A DNA stretch of 64,000 nt from Macrostomum hystrix (taxonomy: Eukaryota; Animalia; Platyhelminthes): NCBI GenBank assembly GCA_950097015.1, contig CATNEN010000003.1:9734001-9798000 (forward strand). Direction: 5' to 3'. Shown in pieces: positions 34,479 through 47,200 of the stretch; the first letter of the stretch is position 1, and the number at the start of each line of letters is the position of its first letter. A program made the translations under genes and the position numbers. The notes beneath the pieces are model-generated. The model was not told the origin of the DNA. It was given only the letters and a program-made list of their open reading frames with translations, and did not search any database.

Positions 34479-37400
34479 TTATTTCGCCGCCTTTGATCTT
34501 TTTCCATCGCCGCCACCTGTTTTAGACTTGGCGGAGCTTCTACTAGAAGCGGCTGATTTTCTGTCACCGCCACCACCACCAGCGCTAGTTTGATACCTCG
34601 GAGGCGGACCTGGAGGTTTCAAAGAAAAATATTCAATATTCCTAACAGCTGAGTGTTCTATCTAACAGGTGAGTGTTCTGTCTAACAGGTGACTGTTCTG
34701 TCTAACAGGTAAGTGCTCTATCTAACAGGTGAGTGTTCTGTCTAACAGGTGAGTGTTCTATCTAAGAGGTGAGTGTTCTGTCTAACAGGTGATTGTTCTA
34801 TCTAACAGATGAGTGTTCTGTCTGACAGGTGAGTGTTCTATCTAACAGGTGAGTGTTCTGTCTAACAGGTGAGTGTTCTATCTAAGAGGTGAGTGTTCTG
34901 TCTAACAGGTGATTGTTCTATCTAACAGATGAGTGTTCTGTCTGACAGGTGAGTGTTCTATCTAACAGGTGAGTGTTCTGTCTAACAGGTGAGTGTTATA
35001 TCTAACAGGTGAGTGTTCTATATAACAGGTGAGTGTTCTGTCTAACAGGTGAGTGTTATATCTAACAGGTGAGTGTTCTATCTAACAGGTGAGTGTTCTA
35101 TATAACAGGTGAGTGTTCTATATAACAGGTGAGTGTTCTGTCTAACAGGTGAGTGTTATATCTAACAGGTGAGTGTTCTGTCTACGAGGTGAGTGTTCAA
35201 TCTAATAGGTGAGTGTTCTATCTAACAGGTGAGTGTTCTGTCTAACAGGTGAGTCAACGATGCTTACCCATGCTAGCTGGCCTTGGCAAAGCGGTCCTCT
35301 TGGCCTTGTACACCAGGTCGATGGTTGAGGTGTCAGTCATGTCCTGAGTTCGCAGTCGCATCTGGCGGACATTCATTTCGAGTAGCTCGCCGATTAGACG
35401 GTGTGGATACTGTCAAAGAATTGAATTGATGTTTATGGCTTCATCATGCATCTAATATTGTATACATTTAAGGCTGTGTGCAGCTGTTCAGCCCGTGGAC
35501 TGCAGCCTGGCATAGTAGCCTTGTGGTAAGAGCGTTGGACTCACGTCCTGAAAGTCGGGCGTCGGGGGTTCGATTCCCGACTTCACTGGAAAATTTGTGC
35601 CTTTTAGCAAAGACTCTTAAATCTGCATTGCAATTCAGTTCACCCAGCTTTTAAATGGGTTCCAGCATTAGCTGGGGTAAATGAGGGTGGGTCTGTCGTC
35701 CCCTCAGTCCATGGACTGAACAGCAGTACGCAGCCTTCAGATGCGCAGCGCAAAAGCTGCGTCTGTGCTGTCAGATGCACATCTGGCCAAATAGGGCAAG
35801 GTGTAATCAATTATTACTTAATTATTACTATTAGTAGAACAATGGGAAAATCCTATCTAAGAAAAAGCCTAGGAGGTAGTTTTTTACCGAACAATAAAAT
35901 GCAGAGATAAGAAATTTTCACTTTTTTTCTTCAAAAATTCAGTGACGATTTTATTCGGCTTTAACATTTCCTTTTTTTGCTTCATCGTTTTCTGTCACCA
36001 TTTTTTGTGAAAACATTGATTTCCTATATAGTCTACGTGCCCTACCATGCGCCTCAGAAGCATTTACTCGAAGCTACACACACCTCTTCTCTAATCAGTG
36101 TTCTAGATTATACTCGTATGATCCGCAGCCAGCTGACTCCTGAGCACACACGCACACAGATACTGTACTCACTCACACAGATGTGTACATCTGCCATATG
36201 ACTTTCTCATCGTCAGGCAGTACTATCTCAATGACTGGGAGGTTGGCACTCAAAGGGCGTCAATTGCACGACAAGCCCCCAAGCCTCGCTGCGGAATCGA
36301 ACTTTAGGGACGTTGAAGCGAGATGCAAACGCGTTAGACCGCTCTGCCACGGACCCCCCACCAACTAAACTCACGCTGTCTTCCTGCTCCACTTCATCAT
36401 TGCCTGTACCGTCCTCCAAGTCGCGCCTACGCTGCGCCAAGGTAGCCGCTTCGCCGAGTCGCCGTTCCACTCCGGCAGCTCTGGCTATCTGCTCCTCGGT
36501 GTCAATCTCGCGCAGTTGGCACCGGTATTGATACTCTTCCGGACGGAGACCGTCGCGCAGCGGACAAGGCGGCTCCGGAGCTTCGACTTGCACTCGCCGA
36601 CGGAGCTGTCGACCAAATCTGTCACTGGGGCTGGCCAATAGACAGGCTCTATAGAGAGCGAAATGCTGCAGAAAACTGCTCACAGTGTACTCCAAATAAA
36701 TCGTGGCCGCTCGTTCAGACACGGGATTTGGGACGAGAGGCGACACGACTGATGGCAGACGACGGATGTTCTCTTGCAGTGAGTGAGCTGGAGAATGCGA
36801 GCAATTTCTCATTGAGCACCTTGTCTGGCTTGTGCAAATTAATAGATATCCTCAAATACTTTACTAGTTCACTCATCCTAAAGTTCCAACTTCTTTAAAC
36901 TAATAATTAAAGAGTCGAGTGACATATGTTCTGCTCTGCAGCTAGTCCTCTATGGGACTATGAGATTATGGCCAATTGGTCATAGAGCTTGAGCTTCTAA
37001 ATTCTCGGGTTGTCGGGAGTTCGAATCTCAGAAGTATAGCAAAATGGGGAAGCGCCGCATTATATATGCTTAATTTCTTTATTCGCTCTAATTCTTTCCT
37101 CCCTCTTCTTGCACTCGTATCTCGTATGTTCGACTAATTTAATGATAGATTTTACAATCCTGGAAGAAGTTTCTTGCGAATTACCTATTGATTCCGCCCA
37201 GTACTGAGCCGTCAGCCTCGAGAGAGAACAGATTTCGGATTTAGTGCAGCCTCTAGAATAGAGCTCATCCACCAGGTGGAAGAAAATTGAATCTACAACT
37301 TCTAACTGCTGGTTTGACTCGTGGAAATCCGGATCTAAGCCAAAGAACTTCGCGATCCAAGCTCTCGTTAGTCCTTCTTTCTGAAAATTGTTTTGAATTT

Positions 37401-37649
37401 TTTTGTTCCAAATAAGGCTACTTTGCTTTAATGCTTTATCTATATAATGCATATTAAACTCTTAAGAAAAATTAGGTAATGGTAGGAAAATTTATTGTAT
37501 AATTAGTCTAAAAGTCACATGTCAAACTCCTGATCAATATATAAAATTGCATAAAAAATTATGTCATTATTCCATCATCGTATAATAAAATAATAACTAT
37601 TTACCTCGATTCCTTCGAACGTTGATTCACTAAAAGAACCCTCATTCAT
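34479..37649 (-). CDS. C8orf74: C8orf74-like protein (CLAMP / flagellar C1a-32 family), 308 aa
   Basis: Exons 37649-37605, 37380-37185, 36787-36375, 35409-35268, 34609-34479 total 927 nt in frame. YLEYTVSSFLQHFALYRACL and V.APEPPCPLRDG match the family motif (Y...TF..HYKLY...PP.PLPLAEG); basic low-complexity C-terminus. Confidence 0.75.
34640..35255. repeat. Intronic minisatellite, 20 bp unit (tctaacaggtgagtgttctr)
   Basis: About 30 copies, filling the last intron of the C8orf74-like gene. Confidence 0.95.
35509..35833 (+). mobile_element. tRNA-derived SINE family 1, near full length
   Basis: A-box-like tagccttgtgg and B-box ggttcgattcc head; body gttcacccagc...aaatgggttccagc; (TTA)-rich tail; homologous to 27399-27622. 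Confidence 0.85.
36122..36357 (-). mobile_element. tRNA-derived SINE family 2 copy
   Basis: Shares the tRNA-like head (gtggcagagcgg...tcgattccgc) and gctgactcctgagcacacacgcacacag body with 42385, 59735 and 61218. Confidence 0.85.
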
Positions 37650-39072
37650 TACAATATTAGATAGAATCGCACACATTCTCGGTGGGCTGTTTTTACATAT
37701 GGATAAGTTTGTTGGCGCCTCGAATATTAATATTACTCGTATTATGATAAAACTAAATTAAATGACAGTAGATACCACTTTCAACAAAGTAAAAACTTTA
37801 AATGCTTAATATAATTGTATTATTCTTTTTCTTTAATACATTAGTTGTTATTAAAGAACCATTTATTTTAACTCAGATATTTTGATTTATGTTTGTTTTA
37901 CTCAGTACTACTACTGTAACCAACAAGTTTGACTTTAATTATTCATTCTGATTTATGCATTTTTTGATCGCATGGTAGTTGGCACGCTACTTCTGAACCA
38001 GTCGACAACGTGGAGGCCAACTTTTTTCTATATTTACTCCAATAATATAACCAATAATATTACAAGTTTTATTTGTAAAAAAATTTATAATACCATTTTC
38101 TCGATAAGCATCATTTGCCTCATAACCGATTTAAAAAAATAAAGCCTGAGGTAAGCAATCATTATTCTTCTAAACTAGTTTTTGTAAAAAACGCGTTGCT
38201 TTGTTTAAGTTAATGCTTTATCATGTAAACATTTCTATTGAGTATTTATTGACTAGAATACACGATAGCAAGGAGAAGGTATTGTTCTTTGTAATCCATT
38301 GGTATTAAATATAAATATTAAATATCAAATCATGCAGCCTTGAAGCTTCTTTATAGTTTTTTTGCTGGATCACACGAGAAACTTGATATTTGATTCACCG
38401 ATATAGTTTTTTGGTATGCAGAAACATATTTATCGGTAGGAAACCAAAGTTTTAATGTTTTGTGTTTTTTACCTTAGAAGTTATTTGAAATATTATTTCC
38501 AGTACAGAAAACTACTTAAAAATTTATAATAACAAAAAGTAATTGTTTTCCCTTGTAAATGTAACTTTCAGACTTACCATTCCGAAAAAAATAATCACGA
38601 GAATAAAGTTTAACGACAGATTTTAGTAAACAAAAAGTACCTTTTAGTTTCTTTCAAGGAGTAATGTTTAATTTACAGAAATCTTCTTTGTTTATTTAAA
38701 AAATATTTTTTATGTCAAAAATGATATACTATTTTATGTGCTTGCAGATTCTAGACTTTTTGTGAAAATTTATGTTACTAGAATATTGTACACGTTGTCT
38801 TAAAGAGCGCTTCTGAGAATTGCAAGACATGTGTACTATTAATCAGAGAGACGTACAGTAAAAAGCACACACGGAGTAGAGACTTGCTCTACACACGCGG
38901 CTCCTATACTATAAGCTTGTAGCTGTTCATCGCTGACAAAAAACTAAGAGGTCTTAATAGCCAGCTGGCTCTTGTGCGGGGGCACGCTTGTCAACCATCT
39001 CGAGTTTCAATCGTCATAGCCGAACTTGGTAAGCCAACCGGCTGAATCATCAAATGATTCAGTAGCTATAGG

Positions 39073-39087
39073 GTTGCCAATAGCAAC
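39073..39087. promoter_or_regulatory. Candidate RFX X-box (GTTGCCAATAGCAAC)
   Basis: Fits GTTNCC-N0-3-RGYAAC; lies between two divergently oriented genes of cilia-associated families. Confidence 0.5.
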
Positions 39088-40239
39088 CGATATTGTGCCA
39101 ACAGATATTGAACCGACAATACAATTTAAGATCTATGAAATTTGCATGTACTACAATCGCAACGATTATAAAAACTGGCATTCTTTGCCATTGTAAAAAA
39201 TGATTATTTCTGTTCTATTAGACAGATCTAAAGCTGATAATAATTTTTTTCTCTTTTCCAGCGTTCCCCGCCACAGTAAGCTCGCATAGCTGTAAAATCG
39301 TGACTAAGCGAAATTTAAGCCAGCCTAAATTGCAGCAAAATCTTCTGCTAAATATTCTTTATTTCCTGCTGAATGTCCCTCTATTCAGATTTTTAATTAA
39401 AGAGTTTTCTCTTCGCTTTTCTTAGAAACTGCCTAAAGCTCTTTCTTTTAGAAGCAATGTTGTTTGAAATGAAATTGACATGAAACGGACGGGGGACACC
39501 TGGACAGAGAGGGAGAGACAGCTTTCAATTTAATCGATGCAAGAATTAAAAGGACAAAGGTAGAGGGCAGACATGGTGGATGGATGGGGGGCATGTGCTG
39601 ACAGTTAGATTCCTGCTCGCTCGATCTGCTCCCCTACAGGGCGGAGGTGAAAGCACGAATGAATAAATAGTATCTGGGGGGAGGGAGACGAACTATGAGC
39701 TCGCTTCATTCGAGCTTAGACTCGGGAACTGAAAAGTAACGGGTGGTGGGGATGCAGGTAGGGGCAGAGAGGAGGCCCAGGTATGGCATGAAGGCATGAG
39801 GTTGGGAAGATTTTGGGCAAGGAGTTTAGCCAATCTCTTCTACCCAATTTCTAGCCCGAGTATTTAGTTATAGTGAGTGAGAGCTAATCCCTTTTTGGCC
39901 CACGGAATCGAAAACTCCTATAGGATCACAGTGCGACCGACATGTTTTACTTTTCTTAATCAACGGAAACTTTCCACGAAAACTATAAAATCGGCAAATC
40001 ATCAACGATCCCCTATTTTTAAGTAGATTTTCTCGTATCGCCCAGTTTTGACCGCAGGTCGCTCTTTCCAAGTTAAAGGAATGGGTAAGACGGATAAAAA
40101 CTCGAGGAATTGGTCGTTGAAAATCTGTTGTCTATTAGTTGTTTTATTTTTGCTACTGGCTATATAGAATCGATATTTTTACTAGACAAATTTAGGTCCT
40201 TATGTTGAAATTTTCTGATGCGCAACCCAGGCGCTCTAT

Positions 40240-40585
40240 TCCCCTCTTTTTTCCTATTTCCCTCTTTTTCCCTCTTTTCTCCTCTTTCCTCTCTTTTCCC
40301 TCTCTCAAATTTACCCACTTCCCTTCTTCCCCCTTTTCCCTTCTTTCCCCTCTTTCCCCTCTTTCCCCTCTTTCCCCTCTTTCCCCTCTTTCCACTCTCT
40401 CCTTCTTTCCCCTCCTTCCCCTCTCTCCCTCTTTCCCCTCTTTCCCCCCTTTCCCCCTTTCCCCCCTTTCCCCTTTTTCCCCTATTTCCCCTCTTTCCCC
40501 TCTTTCCCCCTTTCCCCTATTTCCCTTTTTCCCCTCTTTCCCCTCTTCCCGTCTTTCCCCTCTTTCCCCTCTCGCCCCTCTTCCG
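40240..40585. repeat. Polypyrimidine 9-bp microsatellite (tttcccctc)
   Basis: Degenerate tandem CT tract. Confidence 0.9.
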
Positions 40586-41239
40586 TAGCATTTAACTTTA
40601 CCCATCTTCACCTCGAATATTGCCTAATTTCAGCAGAAGGCAGTTCAAGCAATTTAATTTAATAAAGCAAGGTCAGATTTCGCTGCCTCAAAACCGGCTT
40701 AGAGTACTGGTGTGTTAAGCCAGTGGTCGAACAGCCTGCATGGGGTCAGCAGTTGGTCGTTGCCTAAATTAGAAACTCAAGTTAGTTGTCAAGCTATTGG
40801 AATTAAGGCTTGCCAGATGTTCCTACTCGCCACTTTAATTACAGGTCGCTGTTTGCGATTCAATTTTTGTAATTAAGTACAGTTTTTCGTACACGGGTGT
40901 GCACTCACTCACATGGGGTCAGGGTGTGTTTTTCCCCGCCATTTTTTGAGGTCACGTGCAAATAAATGACTGAAAATATATTCCATAGAAGGCTTTAAGC
41001 CTGTCACTACTAACTACTACTCTATACTACTCGTAGCTTAACTCGTTTTCCAAATATCCCTCTTCCCTTTTCTTATCTCCTCTTCCGCTGTCCATTCTCC
41101 TCTTCCCCTCTCCACTCTCATCTTCCCCTCTCCACTCTCATCTTCCCCTCTCCACTCTCATCTTCCCCTCTCCACTCTCATCTTCCCCTCTCCACTCTCC
41201 TCCCCTCTCCTTTCTCCTCTTTTCCCTCATCTTCCTCAG

Positions 41240-44200
41240 AATCACCAACATTGCACATATACTGACATTGCAGACGGCACAGAGTCGAAGTCGCAAGCAG
41301 TTACCGAGGAGCAGCGCAACGGCAGCAGCGGCTCAACTCACCGGCCAATTCACCGGGTGAGCACGCCTTGGCTGCCAAAGCTTGTAAAAAACGATTCAGA
41401 AGAGGATCGGGATCATCACGAGCAGCTTCATCAGCATCTTCAGCGTCACCAACGATTCCAACAGCCGACAGACACAGACGAAAGCTGCGCTGACAGTCTC
41501 CGCGAGCTCAGACTGCGAGACTTTTGCGACGAATACGACGAAACCGTCATGCAGGCCCAGCGGGGCGAACAGAATGGCGATCAGTCCGCTGAGGGAGCCG
41601 AAGCAGCAGCCGCCGCTGCAGGAGCTGCAGTGGACCTGGGCCCCAGCAACGAGTCCAACCGCCCGAAGCAGGCCAAGACGGTGTATTTCCATCGCGACGG
41701 AGTGGCCTTCAAGCAGCCAATCAGGGTGGCGATTCACCCCAATCGATATCGCGGCTTCGACGCGTTGCTAACGGAGCTGACAGATCGCATGCCGGAGCTC
41801 AGCTACGGTGTCAGGGCCGTCTTCACGCCTAGAGGTCGGGATCGTGTCAGCTCGCTGGAAGATTTTGACAATCAGGGCCACTACCTGTGCTCAACTAGGC
41901 AGAAGAGAGCAGCTGCGCCCGTTGATCCTAATAAGTAAGCACTGTTGAATTCAAGAAGAAACTTCTAGAAGACTCATCTAGTATCTACTTTGCTGAGACT
42001 CATCACTCCAGCATTTCTTCTCTTTTCCTAGTCTCACCTCTCCCGCGTCTCATCTCTCCTGCGTCTCATCTCTCCCATGTCTCATCTCTCCTGCGTCTCA
42101 AACTCTTTTGTGTCTTATCTCTCCTGTGTCTTATCTCTCCCCGGTCTCATCTCTCCTGTGTCTTATCTCTCCCATGTCTCATCTCTCCTGTGTCTTATCT
42201 CTCCCATGTCCCATCTCTTCAGTGTCTCATCTCTCCCCTGTATCATCTCTCCCATTTCTAATCTCTGTACCAAGTTTCTTCTATGATACTTTCCTATCCT
42301 TTTGTCTCAGGTAATACAGTTTGTGATTTAATTATTCAGTATTTTTCTTTTTTTCATACTGTATTGAGCGAGCCAAACTTTTGTGTGCCGAGTGGCGGGG
42401 GAGTCTAGCGCGTTTGCCTCTCACACTAAGGTCATTGAGCTCGATTCCGCGGCGAGGCCACATTCATTTGGGGGCTTGTCGTGCAATTTACGCCTTTGAG
42501 GACCAACCTCCGAGGCACAGTGAAATTGTACACTGCCTGACGATGAGAAAGTCAGGGCAGATGTACACACCTGTGTCAGAGTGTGCCTGCGTACAGTGTC
42601 TGTGCTCAGGAGTCGAAATGAAAATTGGCAGAACTGTTTTGAACATTTGCTACGATTTCTGCTCGCAGACCAATAGTGCAGCCGGCCTGGCGAGCCACAG
42701 GCAAACTGACGGGCGGCATTGCGGCGGCAACTCCCGATCAGACCCTGACGTCGGCTACCGCAGGTTTGGCCCCGCTGACCGCAGCTCAGCAGCAGCGGCG
42801 GGCAACGCGCGCCCACCAGCCGCGGCGGGAGGTGAATTCCTATCCGAACTCTGACACGGCGGCCGGAGCGTCTGGCGACGACCTGACTGGGCCGGCGGCG
42901 TATGCGCCGATGTTCAAGAGAGCCGACTGCAAGCGGATCTATGTCAGACAGAATGGCGAGCCGTTCAAGAAGCACATTGTGCTGCTAAACAAGCGCATGG
43001 TGCAGAGCTTTGAACAGGTGCTGGACGATCTGTCTGCCATCTTTCGTATGCAGGTTCGAAAAATCTACACCATCGATGGACAGTTGGTGAGTTTTAGATT
43101 GATTTTTTATTTTTTTCAGTACGGTAGAAGCACCACGCTATGCTCCCCAGGGACCAGAGAATTTTAGTCCGTGTTTTTATGACGATTGGTTGAATATTTT
43201 AGGAGATACAGAACGAATATAATTGAATGAAAATTTACAAATTTTATTAATTCAGGAAATTTCAGCTCTTGATCTGTTCGCGAGTTCATCATAAAATAGT
43301 AACAATTTTGTTTCCTTTCTTGTAACATCGCGTAAAATTTAATACTTCTGTTTCCAACTTTGTCTTATAATCGTTTGATCTTTTTGTTTCATTGTCTGGA
43401 AAATTCTTTCATTATCTGTTTATAATTCCTTAATTACATGCACAGAATAGTTTTTTATTATTCAGAATCGCAAGCACGACGCTATATTTATTTCAAATTT
43501 ATATTTCCTAGTAAATTTTAATTTGCTCTTCTTTTACAATTCGTATTTGACGCTTGTACACCAATTGCTGAGAGCTTCAACAATGTTTTTACATCAGTCT
43601 TACAGTATGTATATGAAAATCTCGTGCCTCATTAACATGACTTCCTAATTCCGATTTCTAATCTACATTGCTTGATGTTCGCCTGTCAGACCGCATTTAG
43701 ATTAATTATTATTATCTGGGTCGTCAATTATGTCAGATCAGACATTTTTATCAATAATTAGCTGATGAAAATCATCTAATAAAGACTGGGGTTTCATTAT
43801 TAAGATTGCTATATTAGGCGACTGTACTTTTATCATAGGCTACTAAAGACTTTGCTCCGTTGAACAACTTCCAAATGCAAGCTTCAGATCTACGACTCAA
43901 AATTAATTTCTTATCAGTGTTTGTTAAAACGAAAAAAATGACGTTGAGAGCTGAAGTTACATGCTGTAGTGTAGCTCTGCTATCGGTAAGGTAGCATTTT
44001 ACCTGGCATGATAATTATTACTGGACCTAACTGGATGCACACAAACCATTGGCGGTTTTTATTTAATCTCAGATCTAGACTTTGTAACTAAAGTTACTAG
44101 TTGTTGCCATGGAAGCAGCCAGATTTGAATGAAACAATTCTTCTACCTATACGTATGTGATACTTAAGTGATGACATGCCGCTTATTTATGTTGCATTCA

Positions 44201-47200
44201 TTTGCTGCAGATTGGCTAAGTAGTCACATTTTGAAATCGAACTCCTGTAGTTTAAATAAACAATTAAATAGATAGATAAAATGGGAAATTTTAAACAAAA
44301 TAGTACATATTTATGAATTCCTATCTGTCGATTGCTAGATTTATTTCTCAGGGAAAATAATCTAACACATTTTTCTTACGATATTATTTATCTTTCCGAT
44401 GGGTCTAGTCGTTATTTTAAACTGTCTATCTAAATAGATAGCATAGGTTAGCAGAAAATGACCCCTAGAAGGATTCAAGTGCAATATGCTTTGGGGAGAA
44501 AATAAGGTTTTGCTGGTGTATTTTCACGAAATGCGGAACGTGCTTGACTATCTTTTTATACAAGAGACTGTACAGTGCCTCTGAAATCTCTTACCCCCAC
44601 GCACCGCTCAGTCTGCTTAGCCAGCGTACATTTTTTCGCCCCCCCTTTGTGTAGCCCACCTCACTCCGTCACCCACCTCACTCCGTCACCCACCTCACTC
44701 CGTCACCCACCTCACTCCGTCACCCACCTCACGCAAAGGTTGAGTCTCTGTCTGCCATGTACAACGGACCGGAGAGCTACGTTGTCGCTGGCCAGGAGAA
44801 GTTCAAGCCAATCTTCGCCTGGGGCTCGGCTGACCAGGTGCAGCAAGCAGCCGGAGCTGAAGGTGTCGGCGGAGGTCGAAGAAAGCTGCCACCAATTGGG
44901 CGTCGAGCCAAGGAGATGCGACTGGCCAATGCTGGAAAGTCCAGTGAGCATAATTTAAAGAATAAGAAACAAATACATGATCACAAAAAAGATTTTTATC
45001 AACCATCGGTTGCTTGTTTTAGTAATTCAATTTCTTAGCAAAAAGTGCATTTATATTTCAATATGTATAAGAAACAAGGATTTGTTTTACTGAGCGTGTT
45101 TTGTTATAGAAATATATTTTATCGTATTAAAGTGAAGCAAGAAAATAAATTTTATTCCAAATAGTATTCAGTTTTAAGGAAAATGAAAAGTCAACCCTTT
45201 TTGGAACAATTACCTTTCCCTACAGAGAAATATTGTTTCTTAGAAAACATACCTGTTTTTTATATAAATTTTCATGTATAGAAATGTGCTTTTAAAAGTA
45301 CTTCTATTTCGAATTCGCAGAGGGCATGTGGCGCGTAAAGATCAGCACCCCAGCTGGTGAAGAAAGCAATGGCACCAGCAGTCATGTGTACCTCACTGTC
45401 TATGGCCGCGACGGCCAATCAGATCCGATTCCACTCAGTCTGCCAGTGAAATCAGACGGAGAACCGATCAATCCTTTCAAAGCTGGTCAGGAAGACGAGT
45501 TTGAGGTAAACTCATTACTGGGAAATCAGCTGCTCTATTCGCAACACTTAAAAGTACACGTTCCGTGTTTTATCGATCGCCCGCAGATAAGCACCGGTTC
45601 TATTGGCCAGGTGACAAAGGTGAGATTGTCGCACGACTCAAGCGGAGCATCACCCGGTTGGATGGCCGGGCGACTCATTATGACCTCTGAGGGCGTCGGA
45701 CAAGGCGAGACTCTGGTCTTCGAGTTCAACCGCTGGTTGGCTAGGGATCGCGACGATGGCGACACCAGTCGGGAGCTTCCCGCAGTCAGGGACGGAAGGC
45801 CTGTGCTGCCCAGTGAGACACCTGGGACACCTGCGACTGACGCTTCGCATCCCTACTGGCTCCCATTAGATAGCACTCTCCAGCAATCACTATCCAGCAA
45901 TCACTCTCCAGCAATCACTCTCCAGCAAGCACTCTCCAGCAATCACTCTCCAGCAATCACTCTCCAGCAATCACTCTCCAGCAAGCACTCTCCAGCAATC
46001 ACTCTCCAGCAAGCACTCTCCAGCAATCACTCTCCAGCAAGCACTCTCCAGCAATCACTCTCCAGCAAGCACTCTCCAGCAAGCACTCTCCAGCAATCAC
46101 TCTCCAGCAAGCACTCTCCAGCAATCACTCTCCAGCAAGCACTCTCCAGCAATCACTCTCCAGCAAGCACTCTCCAGCAATCACTCTCCAGCAATCACTC
46201 TCCAGCAAGCACTCTCCAGCAATCACTCTCCAGCAAGCACTCTCCAGCAATCACTCTCCAGCAAGCACTCTCCAGCAATCACTCTCCAGCAATCACTCTC
46301 CAGCAATCACTCTCCAGCAAGCACTCTCCAGCAAGCACTCTCCAGCAATCACTCTCCAGCAATCACTCTCCAGCAAGCACTCTCCAGCAATCACTCTCCA
46401 GCAAGCACTCTCCAGCAAGCACTCTCCAGCAATCACTCTCCAGCAAGCACTCTCCAGCAATCACTCTCCAGCCAGCACTCTCCAGCAATCACTCTCCAGC
46501 CAGCAATCTCTAATGCTAGCACTCTTTTTAACACACAATTTGTAGCTTTTCGCTCACCCGCAATGATACAAAAAAACGAAATGAAGTTGCAAAAAATGGA
46601 AAAATTTAGTTGCAAAATCGGTTAAAAAGAGATTGCACTTTTGAAGGCTAAACAGTTAATTAACTGAGATTTCAGTTTTTGGATTTTAGCGTATTTTAGG
46701 ACTGCATTAATCGCGTGACGTCTCAGATGAGTTCAGAAATGTAATTTGCTGGTAATTTCTTTTTGACAATTTAATGACATGGGTCGTTCTGTACAAAATT
46801 TTTAGTAGAAAAGCATATTTCAGGCCAAAATATTCTGGTGCAAGGTGGCAAGGTTCGCGAAAAACGAAACGAAAAAATCTTCATCTTAAACTTAAAGTAC
46901 TTTGAGTTATAGAACAATTTCTTAAGCTCAAATTTAACATTTTCTTCCCTTTAGTTTCTCCACAACACCCGTTGCATCTGTTGTCCGATAATTTATTCGA
47001 GTCGGGATCTAAGTCTGTCTTTGATTTGGGATCTAAGTCTGTCTTTGATTTGGGATCTAAGTCTGTCTTTGATTTGGGATCTAAGACTGTCTTTGAGTTG
47101 GGATCTAAGTCTGTCTTTGAGTTGGGATCTAAGTCGTTTTTGAGTCGGGATCTAAGTCCGTCTTTGATTTGGGCTCTAAGTCTGTCTTTGAGATGGGATC

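Noticed and set aside
35509-35590. tRNA gene (also tRNA-like pieces at ~36960-37030 and ~50650-50700)
   Set aside because: No complete cloverleaf; here it continues directly into a repeated SINE body, and the other pieces are degenerate.
40192-40611. Collagen-like GER-repeat ORF
   Set aside because: Translation of a 9-bp CT microsatellite; no exon context.
42536-42556. Hammerhead ribozyme core (CTGACGA...GAAA) in SINE family 2
   Set aside because: Only 3 nt separate the two motifs and no stem III/NUH site is evident; a simple hairpin explains it.
45813-46513. Repetitive C-terminal extension (TLQQSLSSKHSPA)n of the 395-aa ORF
   Set aside because: Read-through into an intronic 14-bp array; the donor at 45813 splices in phase to 47547.
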